A DNA stretch of 55,054 bases from Betaproteobacteria bacterium (GCA_947458835.1 CANHBC010000003.1:1-55054), one strand, 5' to 3'. Shown: positions 8,529 to 19,065, counted from the stretch's first letter. Notes: generated from the letters alone by a model not told the origin. Numbers and translations: made by a program.

Positions 8529-8844
8529 TGGCATCGAGGTCGAACGTGGTTCGGGCAACGTCTTTGCCGACCTGGGCCTGCCGGATGCGGAGAAGCTCAA
8601 GATCAAATCGGGGCTGGTGATCGAGATTACCCGGGCAGTGCGTCGCCTCGGGCTCACGCAGGAAGATGCGGGTCGCCGCATGGGCATCCCGCAGCCGAAA
8701 GTGTCCGGTTTGATGCGTGGCGATTTCGCCAATCTGTCCGAGCGCAAGCTGATGGATTGCCTGAACCGACTAGGCTATGACATCGAGATACGCGTACGGC
8801 GCACGGCTGATCCGGTCGGGCAGTTGAAGTTGGCGATTGCGTGA
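8509..8844 (+). CDS. XRE-family HTH antitoxin (HigA-like)
   Basis: GSGNVFADLGLPDAE...LTQEDAGRRMGIPQPKVSGLMRG...LGYDIEI. Confidence 0.88.
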   Translation: MARRVIDGIEVERGSGNVFADLGLPDAEKLKIKSGLVIEITRAVRRLGLTQEDAGRRMGIPQPKVSGLMRGDFANLSERKLMDCLNRLGYDIEIRVRRTADPVGQLKLAIA

Positions 8845-8974
8845 CGCGTCGGTGACGCGATTGCGCTCGACGCGTTACCGTAAGCGGTGACACGGTGGCT
8901 GGTGAGGTTCGCTTGACCGCAGCCGATAATGTTCACCCTCGACAACAACTGCGAACTGCGTTTCCGCAGGTACG

Positions 8975-9991
8975 CTACTGCGGCTTGATGTTGGCGACCT
9001 CCGCGACCTGGCGCCACATCGCGATCTCCTTGCGTACCCGGGCTTCGAACTCCTCCGGGGTATTGCCGACAGGCTCGCCACCGATCTCCAGCATGCGCTG
9101 CCGGATATCGGGCTGTTGCAGGACGGCCGCCACATCGTTGCGGATACGCTGCACCAGTTCGCGCGCGGCCCCTTTCGGCGCCATCAGGCCGAACCAGGAG
9201 ACGGACTCGAAGCCTGGGAGACCGTCGGCGATCACGGGTGCCTCGGGAAAGAGCACGGAAGGCGTGAGCGATCCGACGCCGATGATCCTCGCCCGCCCCG
9301 ACTTGACGGCCGACTGCACCGAACTGATCGCAGCGATCGCAAGTGGGATGTGGCCGCCCAGCAGGTCGGTCATCAACGGCCCCGCACCCTTGTAGGGAAT
9401 GGGTTCCACGCTCACCTTGGCCAGCATGTTGAAGTTGTAGGTCGCCAGCGGCGAGCCGGTGTTGCCCATGTTCATCTGCTTGGGGCGGGCTTTGGCCAGG
9501 GCGATCAGTTCGCGGGCATTGCGCACGGGCAGCGACGGATGCGCGACGATCGCATGCGGCGAGATCGTCACGAGCGTGATCGGCACCAGATCGGTGTGTG
9601 GATCGTAGGGAAGCTTCGCGTAGGTGATCGGCGCGTTGGTGAAGAGATTCGACGTGAGCAGCAGGGTATGGCCGTCGGGGGCGCTCTTCGCGACCAGATC
9701 GGTACCGATGACCGTGCCCGCGCCCGGGCGGGGATCGAGCACGATCTGCTGCTTCCACCGTTCGGTGAGCGCCGGCATGATGATCCGCGCATTCGCATCG
9801 CTGCTTCCCCCGACTGCGAAGGGGATCACCAGTCGAATCGGTTTGGCGGGGAAAGCCTGGGAGAATGCCGAGCCCGTCGCAAGTAGCAACAGTCCGGAGA
9901 CGCATCCGATGGCTGATGAACGCAACTGTGATCGGCTGCACGGATCGACCGACGCCGCCACCGCTCCTCGTCCCGTAACGCGCTCGATCAT
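8975..9991 (-). CDS. Bug/TctC tripartite tricarboxylate transporter solute-binding protein
   Basis: FPAKPIRLVIPFAVGGSSD, PGAGTVIG, IPYKGAGP. Start uncertain. Confidence 0.9.
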   Translation of the reverse strand: MIERVTGRGAVAASVDPCSRSQLRSSAIGCVSGLLLLATGSAFSQAFPAKPIRLVIPFAVGGSSDANARIIMPALTERWKQQIVLDPRPGAGTVIGTDLVAKSAPDGHTLLLTSNLFTNAPITYAKLPYDPHTDLVPITLVTISPHAIVAHPSLPVRNARELIALAKARPKQMNMGNTGSPLATYNFNMLAKVSVEPIPYKGAGPLMTDLLGGHIPLAIAAISSVQSAVKSGRARIIGVGSLTPSVLFPEAPVIADGLPGFESVSWFGLMAPKGAARELVQRIRNDVAAVLQQPDIRQRMLEIGGEPVGNTPEEFEARVRKEIAMWRQVAEVANIKPQ

Positions 9992-10191
9992 GCGAGTCGT
10001 CCCTATTGTTGGTCTGGTCTGGCGCTTCGACTGCAAGAGCGCGCGATCGGCCACCGTTTTTTACACAGTACCACATGGTGAGCGGGAGCTTGTTGCAGGG
10101 ACGTTCGTGGAGGCATCGTTACCAACGTCGCTGCATCAAGGCACGCAGGGGGATCTATTTCTTAACATCTACATCAGGCGCCGGAGGCCCG

Positions 10192-10457
10192 ATGAACACG
10201 AAGGCGGCAAAGCTTTTCACCAATGGCGGCAGTCAGGCCGTGCGGTTGCCCGCCGAGTTCCGCTTCACTGTAGCCGACGAGGTCTATGTCCGCCGGGACG
10301 CATCACTGGTGAAGTGATTCTTTCCGGCAAGCCCGCCGATGCCGACTGGGCCGGGTTTTTGGCGCTTCGCCACAGCACCGAACTGCGAAACGAGTGGCTG
10401 GGCACCCGACCGCTGAACGAACCGCTGCGTTCCCGCGTGCTGTCCGAGGATGATTGA
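10192..10457 (+). pseudogene. vapB: VapB (AbrB/MazE-type) antitoxin, frameshifted
   Basis: MNTKAAKLFTNGGSQAVRLPAEFRF...VRRD continues as ITGEVILSGKP...W in another frame (shift near 10300). Confidence 0.8.
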
Positions 10458-10600
10458 CCTTGCTGTAGATGCTCGACGCCGACAGCGTCAGCTACCTGAT
10501 CCGTGGGACCTGCCCCGCGCTCGACCCGGTGCTCGTGACGAACAACACGCGTCATTTCTCGAGGATTCCGGCCTTGCGGGTCGAGAACTGGACGACTGAC
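10454..10600 (+). pseudogene. vapC: VapC PIN toxin remnant (stop codon plus internal deletion)
   Basis: TTG-TLL-TAG-MLDADSVSYLIRG fused almost directly to the C-terminal LVTNNTRHFSRIPALRVENW. Confidence 0.8.
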
Positions 10601-10768
10601 TCCCTCGCGCCCGGATGCCAGGGCCGGGTTGTCGATCGAGGATTGGACGGGGCCGGTGCGATCGCTCTGGCGATGCCTGTCGCAAGCTGAGGGCGCAAGT
10701 CGAAGCGCACTGGTTCGAAACTTGCTGCAGGTCCCTGACCCATTCGGCAATGCAAAGCGGACAGCACC

Positions 10769-11530
10769 ATGAACGCAGCACCCACCCTGCTCGTGACCGG
10801 CGGCGGTATCGGTATCGGTCGCGCCACTGCACTCGCCTTCGCGCGTGCGGGCTACCACGTGGTCGTCACCGACGTCCTTGAGACGGAAGGCCGCGCGGTC
10901 GCCGAATCGATTGTCGCTGCCGGCGGCAGCGCCACCTTCATGGCGATGGACGTGCGCGACACCGGCCGTGTCGATGCGGTCGTCGCGCAGGTCTGCGCGG
11001 CGCGCGGCGCGATCGACGCGCTGGTGCTCAATGCGGGCATCGCGCGCAAGGTGCCGCTCCCTGAACTCACCGACGAGCACTGGGACCACACGGTCGACAT
11101 CGACCTGAAGGGCATGTTCCGCGTGGCCCGCGCCGCGCTGCCCGCGATGCGAACGCGCGGCGCGGGCGCCATCGTCTGCCTGACCTCGCTGATGGGCGTG
11201 GCCTGGGGATGGACCGAGCATGTGCACTACTCGGCGGCCAAGTCCGGCGTGATCGGTCTCATGCGCGGCCTCGCCGCCGAGGTGGCGACCGACGGCGTGC
11301 GCGTGAACGCCGTATCGCCCGGGTACGTGCGCACCGCGCAGCTGCTCTCCGCTGAACACTCGCTTGGCCCCGAGGGGGTGGAGCAGGCGGCCGCGCGCGT
11401 GCCGCTCGGACGGGTCGGTGAACCGGAGGACATCGCCGAGGTGATCCTGTTCCTGGCCTCCGATGGCGCGCGCTATGTCACCGGCCAGGTGCTGGTCGCC
11501 GACGGCGGGCTGTCGATCTGCCCGCAGTAG
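10769..11530 (+). CDS. SDR-family oxidoreductase
   Basis: TGGGIGIG, NAG, YSAAK. Confidence 0.92.
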   Translation: MNAAPTLLVTGGGIGIGRATALAFARAGYHVVVTDVLETEGRAVAESIVAAGGSATFMAMDVRDTGRVDAVVAQVCAARGAIDALVLNAGIARKVPLPELTDEHWDHTVDIDLKGMFRVARAALPAMRTRGAGAIVCLTSLMGVAWGWTEHVHYSAAKSGVIGLMRGLAAEVATDGVRVNAVSPGYVRTAQLLSAEHSLGPEGVEQAAARVPLGRVGEPEDIAEVILFLASDGARYVTGQVLVADGGLSICPQ

Positions 11531-11717
11531 CCGACGGTACGCGTGCACTGCGGAGGAGCGCGCCCATGGTGCTTCTGCACCAGCAGGGCGCGTGAACGGC
11601 GTCGATACGCCCTTCAAGTCGTGGCACGGACATTGCTCATGTGCCCTGTAGTCCGCGAATCACTTCTTTCGGCTGTTCCTTCCCGCGCATCCCGCGCGGA
11701 TCTGTCAGGAGTCCTCC

Positions 11718-12893
11718 ATGAAGCTTCGATCCGTCCACGCCCTGCTGACTTCGGCCAGTCTGGCGCTTGTCCTGGGCGCTGCGCCCGCACTCGCCAACAA
11801 GCCGTGTATCGGCGCTTCGCTGCCGATCACCGGCCCCACCGCATGGGCTGCCGACTCGATCCGCATGGGGGCGGAAGTCGCGATCGCCGAGATCAATGCG
11901 AAGGGTGGCGTCCTGGGGCAGCGCCTGAGCTTCGTCGCCTATGACGATGCCGGGCAGCCGCCGCGCGGCGTGGACAACGCCCGGCGCATCGCCGAGTCCG
12001 ACGGCTGCATCGCGATGTTCGGGGGCTGGCACTCCGGCGTCGCGCTCGCGGTGGTCGAGCCGGTGCATGACGCACGCATTCCGTACATCGCGGTGATCTC
12101 CGCGGGCACGCGCATCACCGAGAACGACCGCAAGCCCAACTACATGTTCCGAGTGTCGATGTTCGACCGCTGGCAGGCGCTGGCACTGGTGCGCAAGAGC
12201 AAGGAAGTCACGAAGACCGGCAACATCGGCGTGCTCTACGAAGACACCGGCTGGGGGCAGGGTGCCGTGCCTGACCTCAAGGCCAGCGCCAGCGCCGAGA
12301 GCGCGAAGATCGTCGGCTTCGAGGTCTTCAAATGGGACGATCGCGACATGACCGCCCAGCTGATCCGCCTGCGCGATGCCAAGGTCGACACCATCATCCT
12401 CTACTCGCGCGATCTCGAAGCCAACCAGATCCTGCGCTCGATGCAGCGGATCAACTACTCCGCGCGCATCGTTTCGGCCTGGGGCAACACCGGCACGCTG
12501 GGCGAACTCGCCGGTCCGCTCGCCAACGGGATGATCGTGCTGCAGACCTTCACCTGGGCGGGCGACCTGCGGCCGCAGCAGAAGCGGGTGCTCGATTCGA
12601 TCATGAGCCGCTACAAGCTCAAGTCGCCCGACGACATCAAGCACGGCTCGGGAGCGGCGAACGCGTATGACGCGGTCTATATCCTGGCCGAGGCGATCCG
12701 CACCGCTGGCGCCTACGACCGCACCCGCGTGCGCGACGCGCTGTACAAGGTCACGCACGAGGGCATCGTGCAGCGCTATGCGCCGGCCTTCACGCCGGAG
12801 CGCCACAATGCGATCCTGCCTGAAAACTACGTCTGGACTGCGTGGCACAACGGTCGGATCCTGCCGATCGCCCAGACGCCGTACGGCAAGTAA
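11718..12893 (+). CDS. Branched-chain amino acid-type ABC substrate-binding protein
   Basis: Signal peptide, IGASLPITG, EINAKGGVLG, YDAVYILA. Confidence 0.9.
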   Translation: MKLRSVHALLTSASLALVLGAAPALANKPCIGASLPITGPTAWAADSIRMGAEVAIAEINAKGGVLGQRLSFVAYDDAGQPPRGVDNARRIAESDGCIAMFGGWHSGVALAVVEPVHDARIPYIAVISAGTRITENDRKPNYMFRVSMFDRWQALALVRKSKEVTKTGNIGVLYEDTGWGQGAVPDLKASASAESAKIVGFEVFKWDDRDMTAQLIRLRDAKVDTIILYSRDLEANQILRSMQRINYSARIVSAWGNTGTLGELAGPLANGMIVLQTFTWAGDLRPQQKRVLDSIMSRYKLKSPDDIKHGSGAANAYDAVYILAEAIRTAGAYDRTRVRDALYKVTHEGIVQRYAPAFTPERHNAILPENYVWTAWHNGRILPIAQTPYGK

Positions 12894-12962
12894 GGACCTG
12901 CTCGTGCCCGCCCGCCAGGTCCGGTCTGTCCGGCCCTGGCGGGTGGCACGCGCGCTCGCGCC

Positions 12963-13838
12963 ATGACCGCCTTCGTCCAGTACACGCTCTCCGGCCTCGT
13001 GATCGGAGGGCTCTATGCGATCGTCGCCCTCGGCTTCTACATCATGTGGTCGGCCGTGCGGGCGGTGAACTTCGCCCACGGCGATACCCTGATGCTGGGC
13101 TCGGTGCTGGCCATCGCGCTGATGTGGGCGGGGGTGCCCCTGCTCGTCGGCATCCCCCTGGCGATCGCTGCCTCCGCCGGGTTCGGCCTGCTCATCGAAC
13201 GCATCGCGGTGCGACCGCTCAACCACGGACCCTCCTCGGTTGGCTGGATGCTGTCGACGATCGCGATCGGCCTGATGCTGGAGGCGTTCGTGACCATCAC
13301 CTTCGGCGCCGACCCGCGTTCGCTGCCTTCCCCACTGATGGGTGCACCGATCTCGATCGCAGGTGCGGGCATCTTCCCGCACGAGTTGCTGGTGCCGGTG
13401 GCCGCGGTCGCGCTGCTCGCGCTGCTCGACTGGTTCTATCGCGCGACGATGCTCGGCCGGGCCATGCGGGCGATCGCGCAGAAGCCGGTGGCCGCGGGCC
13501 TCATGGGCATCGACGTGCGCCGCATGGCGCTCATCTCATTCGCTGCCGCCTCCGCGCTGGGTGCCTTCGCCGGGATCCTCGCCGCGCCGATCATCCAGGT
13601 CTCGGCGACCATGGGGCTGCTGCTGGGGCTCAAGGGATTTCTGGTCGCGATCATCGCCGGGATGTCCAACGCGCGAGGCATCGTCATCACCGGGTTTGCC
13701 TACGGCGTGCTGGAGCGCTTCATCGAGGGCTTCGGGAACACCTCGCTGCGCGAGGTACTCGGCTTCGGCGTGATGATCCTGCTGCTGCTGATGTTCCCGA
13801 ACGGCCTGTTCGGACAGCGTGAAGTGAACAAGGTATGA
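12963..13838 (+). CDS. livH: LivH-type ABC permease
   Basis: VNFAHGD, LGRAMRAIAQ, hydrophobic. Confidence 0.88.
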   Translation: MTAFVQYTLSGLVIGGLYAIVALGFYIMWSAVRAVNFAHGDTLMLGSVLAIALMWAGVPLLVGIPLAIAASAGFGLLIERIAVRPLNHGPSSVGWMLSTIAIGLMLEAFVTITFGADPRSLPSPLMGAPISIAGAGIFPHELLVPVAAVALLALLDWFYRATMLGRAMRAIAQKPVAAGLMGIDVRRMALISFAAASALGAFAGILAAPIIQVSATMGLLLGLKGFLVAIIAGMSNARGIVITGFAYGVLERFIEGFGNTSLREVLGFGVMILLLLMFPNGLFGQREVNKV

Positions 13839-15655
13839 AGCCGAATCGGTTCACTGCAGGCGTGGCCCTCCCGGCCGTCGTGTTCGCGGTCGTGCTGGTC
13901 GCCATTCCCGAGCTGGTCAGCAACAGCTTCCAGCTGCGCGCGGTGATGCTGTTCCTCATCTACGCGCTGGTCGCGCTCGGGCTCAACCTGCTGGTCGGAC
14001 TGGTGAGCCTGGTGTCCCTCGGGCAGGCGGGCCTGTACGCGCTGGGGGCCTACACCGTGGCGATCCTCGCCACCCAGACCGGTGCCGGCTTCGTACTGGC
14101 CATGATGGGCGCGATCGCGGTCACGGCGGCCGCGGGCGTGGCGCTGTCCTATCCGACGGTGCGGGTGCGCGGCGTCTATCTGGCGGTGGTCACGATCGCC
14201 TTCGGCCTGATCGTCCAGAACGTGGCGATCGACTGGCGCACTCTGACCGGAGGCACGCTGGGCATCTCCAATGTCCCGCGGATCGACCTGGGCACCGGGC
14301 CGCTGAGCACGACCGGGCTGTACGGCCTGATAGCGGCCATCACGTTTGTCGGCTTCGTGCTTCACCACAACCTGATGCATTCGCGGATCGGCCGCGCGAT
14401 GCGCGCGGTCGCGCAATCGGAGACCGCCTCGCGCGCACTGGGTATCGACCCGACACGGCAACGCGTGCTGGCGTTCGTCCTGTCCTCGGTGTTTGCCGGC
14501 ATCGCGGGCGGGCTCTATGCCTACCTCAACCGCTACGTGAATCCGGACACGTTCAGTTTCTCCGACTCGATCCGCTTCCTGCTGATGGTGATCCTGGGTG
14601 GGTCCGGCACCACCTTTGGTCCGCTGATCGGCGCCGGCATCCTGACCTGGATCCCCAACCTGCTGCAGGCCTTCGGGAAGTGGCAGCTGTTCGTCTATGG
14701 CGCTCTCCTCGCCAGCGTGATCTTCTTTCTGCCCAAGGGCATCGCCGGGTCCGCGCGCGACCTGTGGCTGCGCTGGCGCGTGGGTCGCAACCAGTCCGTC
14801 CGTCAGGCGGATGCATGGCCCAAGCCCTCGCCGGGCGTCGATGCGCTGCTCGGCGTGCGCGCCACCGTCCGAGGGCCCGTGCTTCAGACGCGTGACCTGA
14901 CCATCCGCTTCGGAGGACTGTCCGCGGTTTCGGGTGTCACCGTCGACATCGAGCGCGCGACCGTGCACGCGATCATCGGCCCGAACGGTGCGGGCAAGAC
15001 CACGCTCCTCAACGCGCTGTCGGGTTTCTATGCACCCACCGAAGGACGCGTGACGCTGCTGCAGGACGAAGTCGGCGGTCGCTCGAGCGTGCAGATCGCG
15101 CGCGGTGGACTCACCCGCACCTTCCAGAACACCGAACTGTTCCCGGAGATGACGGTCGAGGAGAACGTACGGGTCGCCTTCCACGCGCGCAGCCGCTGCG
15201 GGTTCCTCTCCACCGTGTTGCGACTGCCGGCCTTCCACGCGGAAGAGCGCCTGCAGCGCGAACGCGCGGCGCTGCTGCTCGACTATGTCGGCCTTGCTGC
15301 CTACCGCGACGAGACCGCCGCGAACCTCGCCTTCGGGCACCAGCGGCGGCTGGAGATCGCGCGCGCACTCGCGCTGTCGCCGGAGATCCTCCTGCTCGAC
15401 GAACCTGCCGCGGGCCTGACGCATGCCGAGATCGATGAGCTGATCGCGCTGATCCGCGACCTGAAGCGCCTGGGGGTCACGGTGGTTCTGGTGGAGCACC
15501 ATGTGGACATGATCATGTCCGTCTCCGACCACGTGACCGTGCTCGATTACGGCGAGGTGATCGCCTCGGGCGCGCCGAGCGCCGTGCGCGAGGATCCACG
15601 GGTCATCGAGGCCTACTTCGGTGCCGGCACCGTACCCACGGGAGCTCACGCATGA
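13835..15655 (+). CDS. Fused LivM permease - LivG ATPase
   Basis: N-terminal TM segments (SLGQAG, GRAMRAVAQ), then GPNGAGKTT, LLLDEP. Confidence 0.9.
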   Translation: MKPNRFTAGVALPAVVFAVVLVAIPELVSNSFQLRAVMLFLIYALVALGLNLLVGLVSLVSLGQAGLYALGAYTVAILATQTGAGFVLAMMGAIAVTAAAGVALSYPTVRVRGVYLAVVTIAFGLIVQNVAIDWRTLTGGTLGISNVPRIDLGTGPLSTTGLYGLIAAITFVGFVLHHNLMHSRIGRAMRAVAQSETASRALGIDPTRQRVLAFVLSSVFAGIAGGLYAYLNRYVNPDTFSFSDSIRFLLMVILGGSGTTFGPLIGAGILTWIPNLLQAFGKWQLFVYGALLASVIFFLPKGIAGSARDLWLRWRVGRNQSVRQADAWPKPSPGVDALLGVRATVRGPVLQTRDLTIRFGGLSAVSGVTVDIERATVHAIIGPNGAGKTTLLNALSGFYAPTEGRVTLLQDEVGGRSSVQIARGGLTRTFQNTELFPEMTVEENVRVAFHARSRCGFLSTVLRLPAFHAEERLQRERAALLLDYVGLAAYRDETAANLAFGHQRRLEIARALALSPEILLLDEPAAGLTHAEIDELIALIRDLKRLGVTVVLVEHHVDMIMSVSDHVTVLDYGEVIASGAPSAVREDPRVIEAYFGAGTVPTGAHA

Positions 15656-16395
15656 ACCCGGCGACTGTCAGTCCGTCGCCTGCGCTGCTGAAGGTCACGG
15701 ACCTCGGGGTTTCCTACGGCCGGGTGCGCGCAGTGCAATCGGTCAGCCTGGAGGTGGGCGAGGGCGAGTTCGTCGCGATGATCGGCTCGAACGGCGCCGG
15801 GAAGTCCTCGACGATGAAGGCGATCTCCGGGGTGCTCGAGCCGGTGGCCGGACGCGTCGAGTTCAACGGCACGGACGTCACCGGGCAGCCTTCGCACCGC
15901 CTGGTTCGGCAGGGACTCGCCATGGTGCCCGAGGGGCGCCAGGTCTTCGCCGAGCAGTCGGTGGAGGACAACCTGCGACTGGGTGCCTTCGTGTTCTCGC
16001 GCACCCCGAAAGCGATCGACGAGGCAGTGGAGCGCGGCTTCGCGCTGTTTCCGCGACTCGCGGAGCGCCGCGCGCAGGCGGCTGGCTCGCTGTCGGGCGG
16101 GGAGCAGCAGATGCTCGCGATTGCCCGTGGCCTGGCTTCGCGGCCCCGCCTGCTCGTGATCGACGAACTTTCCCTCGGCCTTGCCCCCAGGGTGCTGGAC
16201 ATGCTGTTCCCGGTCCTGCAGCAACTCAACCGCGAAGGCCTCGCCATCCTGCTCGTCGAGCAGCTGGCCACGCAGGCACTCGCGGTATCCCATCGCGCCT
16301 ATGTGATGGAAACCGGTCGCGTGACCCTGCAGGGTAGCGCCCGAGCTCTTGCGCAGGATCCGGCCGTCCGTCAGGCCTACCTTGGCAGGCACTGA
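15652..16395 (+). CDS. livF: LivF-type ABC ATPase
   Basis: GSNGAGKSS, VPEGRQVF, LSGGEQQM. Confidence 0.9.
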   Translation: MNPATVSPSPALLKVTDLGVSYGRVRAVQSVSLEVGEGEFVAMIGSNGAGKSSTMKAISGVLEPVAGRVEFNGTDVTGQPSHRLVRQGLAMVPEGRQVFAEQSVEDNLRLGAFVFSRTPKAIDEAVERGFALFPRLAERRAQAAGSLSGGEQQMLAIARGLASRPRLLVIDELSLGLAPRVLDMLFPVLQQLNREGLAILLVEQLATQALAVSHRAYVMETGRVTLQGSARALAQDPAVRQAYLGRH

Positions 16396-16636
16396 CTCCC
16401 GCGCAGTGGCGCGCACCATCGGGCTGGCTGGCGTGCCAGCCCGGCAGCACAACGATCGCCGCTCCGGCTTCGCGCTGGCCCAGCGAAACATCCGATATCG
16501 CGGGTTCGCCCTCCGATCGAAGCCCTCGGGCGCCTGGCCCCTGCTCGACCTGCGCGGGGCTCCGTTCGAGTGGGTGAACCGGCATGACCTAGACAGGACC
16601 CTCTTCGATCCTGCAACCCTGCGCCGGGCAGGCCCT

Positions 16637-17248
16637 TCAGACCCAGTCTCCGAGTTCCCTCATCGGAATGTTGTGCGTCGGGCAGATCGGCGGTCCCAGG
16701 TGCAGGAAGCGCCGGGGTACGGTCACCTTGTAGCCGCACGTTGCGCACTCGGCCTTCGGCGGTGGCACGGAGGCCGGGCGACGATGGTCGGCCTTCAGCT
16801 TTCCGTGCGGATAGGGAGGTAGCCTCGCGAGGAGGGACTCCAGGCGGGTCTTCAGCGCGGGGCCTGCGCTGGCGCTGCGCATGGGCCCCTGCAGTCCGAT
16901 GGCCAACGCGATCTTCCGGAATGCCTTGCCGTGCCTGTGCTCGCAGTCATCCACGGCGTGGACCAGTTCGTGGGTCAGCGTATCGATGACTTCGTACGCA
17001 GTCCCCAGAGACGGCGAAATGAAGATGTGGTTCGTGTCGTCCGTCGCACTCTTCCGCGACCAGCACTGCCCGATGGCGCTGCTGCGCAGCCCGGTGCTTG
17101 CGTAGCCCACCGATGCCTTGACATCCGGAACGCGGTATCCGTGCGGGGTGAAGACCTCCTGGGCGAGCAGGTCGCTCGCGAGCAGCAACCACCCCTCGCG
17201 TGTCGCTTGCAGCGCGATCGTCTTCTTCGGTTTTTCGCTCGTCTCCAT
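16637..17248 (-). CDS. SprT-like zinc metalloprotease with C-terminal Zn finger
   Basis: HELVH...HGKAF and CATCGY...CPTH. ATG 17248 chosen; an upstream start is possible. Confidence 0.8.
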   Translation of the reverse strand: METSEKPKKTIALQATREGWLLLASDLLAQEVFTPHGYRVPDVKASVGYASTGLRSSAIGQCWSRKSATDDTNHIFISPSLGTAYEVIDTLTHELVHAVDDCEHRHGKAFRKIALAIGLQGPMRSASAGPALKTRLESLLARLPPYPHGKLKADHRRPASVPPPKAECATCGYKVTVPRRFLHLGPPICPTHNIPMRELGDWV

Positions 17249-17366
17249 GTCGTCCAGGTTCCGGGTGCGTATGCCGGTGCGTTCGATGTCTGCCGCGATC
17301 GCGCCCTCGCAGCCGAAGGTCGATCGATCAGGTCGCATCGGCAAACCCCTCATCATCGCTATCGGC

Positions 17367-17385
17367 TGGCTCAGGGGATGAGGCA
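17367..17385 (-). promoter_or_regulatory. TGnCTCA-N5-TGAGnCA box, candidate WYL regulator site
   Basis: Minus strand TGCCTCATCCCCTGAGCCA, then 9 nt, then GATGAT. Confidence 0.65.
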
Positions 17386-17595
17386 GCGGGCAGCCTTCGT
17401 TACGCGCGCCCCCGGTGCTTTCTGCGCCACTGCTCGACCCACGCACACAACGCATCTGAGGCGCCCTTGACATCATCCATGCAGCGGATGTGTCCGGCGC
17501 AGACCTTCTGGAGCGGATCCGTCTGAGCGGTGGGCTGCTGAGTCGAGCACCGTGTGCACCCGGTCCCACTCGACGGTGACCCACCGGGCGACCCG

Positions 17596-19023
17596 TCAGG
17601 CGTGCGCGGAGCAGCACTCGCGGTGGTTCGATGCGCCACCGTCGAGCCCGGAGTCTCCCCCCGTGCACCCTTTGTGCCCGAGCGCCGTGTCCCTGCGCAG
17701 GAACCGTGGCATCGCCGCCTCCTGCAACGCGTCGTACCGCGCCTCGCGCCGGGACACCAGCCGCGATCGCATGCGCGTCGCGATGTAGAGCGACTCCTTG
17801 CCGAACCAGCCCTTGTCCTGCTGCCGGGCGATCCGGCCGAGCGAGGCCAGCACCGCTTGCGGCCAGGGCTGGTCGGCGAAGCGGTCGCGGGCGCCGTCGA
17901 TCAGCCCCTGCGCCTGGTCCCAGTCGCCGGCACAGGCGGCATCGCGCGCCTGCTCAAGCAGGCGGCTTGCCTCGACTTCCGCATGCCGGGCGTGCACCAG
18001 CGGGTCTGCGGTCAGCGCGCCCCACGCCTGCGGCGACACTCTGTCGATCGAGAGCGTGGCCTCGGGGAAGGGTATCGGAGCGTGGTCCAGGCTCGTGGCG
18101 GTCACGCTGGCCTGAATCAAGGGCACGCCGGGCAGCGGCACGAAGCCGGCCGGGATCGACAGCTCGACCAGCGCCCAGGCTTCGGCGCCCCAGGCGACGT
18201 CCGGCAGGCTGACCGCCGGCGCGCCCAGGCGCGGCTCCATCGGGTAGTCGTTGAGCACCCTCATGCCCACGCCGGTGCAGGTCGCGATCGACAGCCGTAC
18301 CTGGCGGGCGTAGAGGCTGGAGATCAGGTCGAACTCCTCGGCGAAAGGCTCGAACAGGTCGGCGGTGTTCTCCCCGTAGTACGGATTGCCGCCGCCGGCG
18401 CGCGCCATCGTGGTCAGCAGCGACTCGTCGAATTCGCGCCCCAGCCCGTAGGTGGAGGTGGTGACACCGCGCGCGGCCGCGGCGGTACAGTGCGCGGCGA
18501 TAGCAGGCGTCTTCCCGCGGTCGCCCGTGCTTGCGTTGCCGTCGGTGAGCAGGATGATCCGCGCGATCGATGCCGATGCTGCGTCGGGTAGCAGCGAATC
18601 GGCACCGGTGGCCCAGCCGCCGTGAAGGCTGGTGTTGCCGCCGCCCTGGGCGAAGGCCCTGACGTGGTGCTGCGCGCTCTGGTCGCCCACCGGCCGGGCC
18701 GGGGCGAGCAGCGATGCCCGGTGGTCGAAGGTCACCATGGAGACGACGTCGGTCGGCTGCAGGCGACGGAAGAGGTCATGCGTGCAGCGTAACGCCTCGC
18801 TCAGGCGCTGGCTGTTCATCGCCCCGGACTGGTCGATCACCAGCGACAGGTGGAATGGCCGCCGCACCTGCGGGCGAGCCAGGTTGGCATCCGGTGCCTG
18901 CACTCGCACCAGCACCGCCAGGGTGTGGGCCTGCCCGCCGATCAGGGTGGGCTTGAGCGGCGTGAGGCTGACCTGCGCGGTGACGGCACGGGCGAGGATG
19001 TCGGGGTGACTGCTGGGGGACAT
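17596..19023 (-). CDS. vWA-domain protein (YfbK/CLCA-like) with variant MIDAS
   Basis: LSLVIDQSGAM, GGNTSLHGG, ILLTDGNA, TYGLG. GAGGAGG RBS. Confidence 0.88.
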   Translation of the reverse strand: MSPSSHPDILARAVTAQVSLTPLKPTLIGGQAHTLAVLVRVQAPDANLARPQVRRPFHLSLVIDQSGAMNSQRLSEALRCTHDLFRRLQPTDVVSMVTFDHRASLLAPARPVGDQSAQHHVRAFAQGGGNTSLHGGWATGADSLLPDAASASIARIILLTDGNASTGDRGKTPAIAAHCTAAAARGVTTSTYGLGREFDESLLTTMARAGGGNPYYGENTADLFEPFAEEFDLISSLYARQVRLSIATCTGVGMRVLNDYPMEPRLGAPAVSLPDVAWGAEAWALVELSIPAGFVPLPGVPLIQASVTATSLDHAPIPFPEATLSIDRVSPQAWGALTADPLVHARHAEVEASRLLEQARDAACAGDWDQAQGLIDGARDRFADQPWPQAVLASLGRIARQQDKGWFGKESLYIATRMRSRLVSRREARYDALQEAAMPRFLRRDTALGHKGCTGGDSGLDGGASNHRECCSAHA

Positions 19024-19065
19024 CGGGCCTCCTCATGCGTTGCACAGTGGAGCATGGCGTTCGGG

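Noticed and set aside
16396-16636. Possible gene fragment after livF
   Set aside because: No recognisable motif in the frames checked.
17400-17639. 79-aa ORF between the vWA and SprT-like genes
   Set aside because: It overlaps the vWA gene and has no RBS or convincing motif; at most a remnant.
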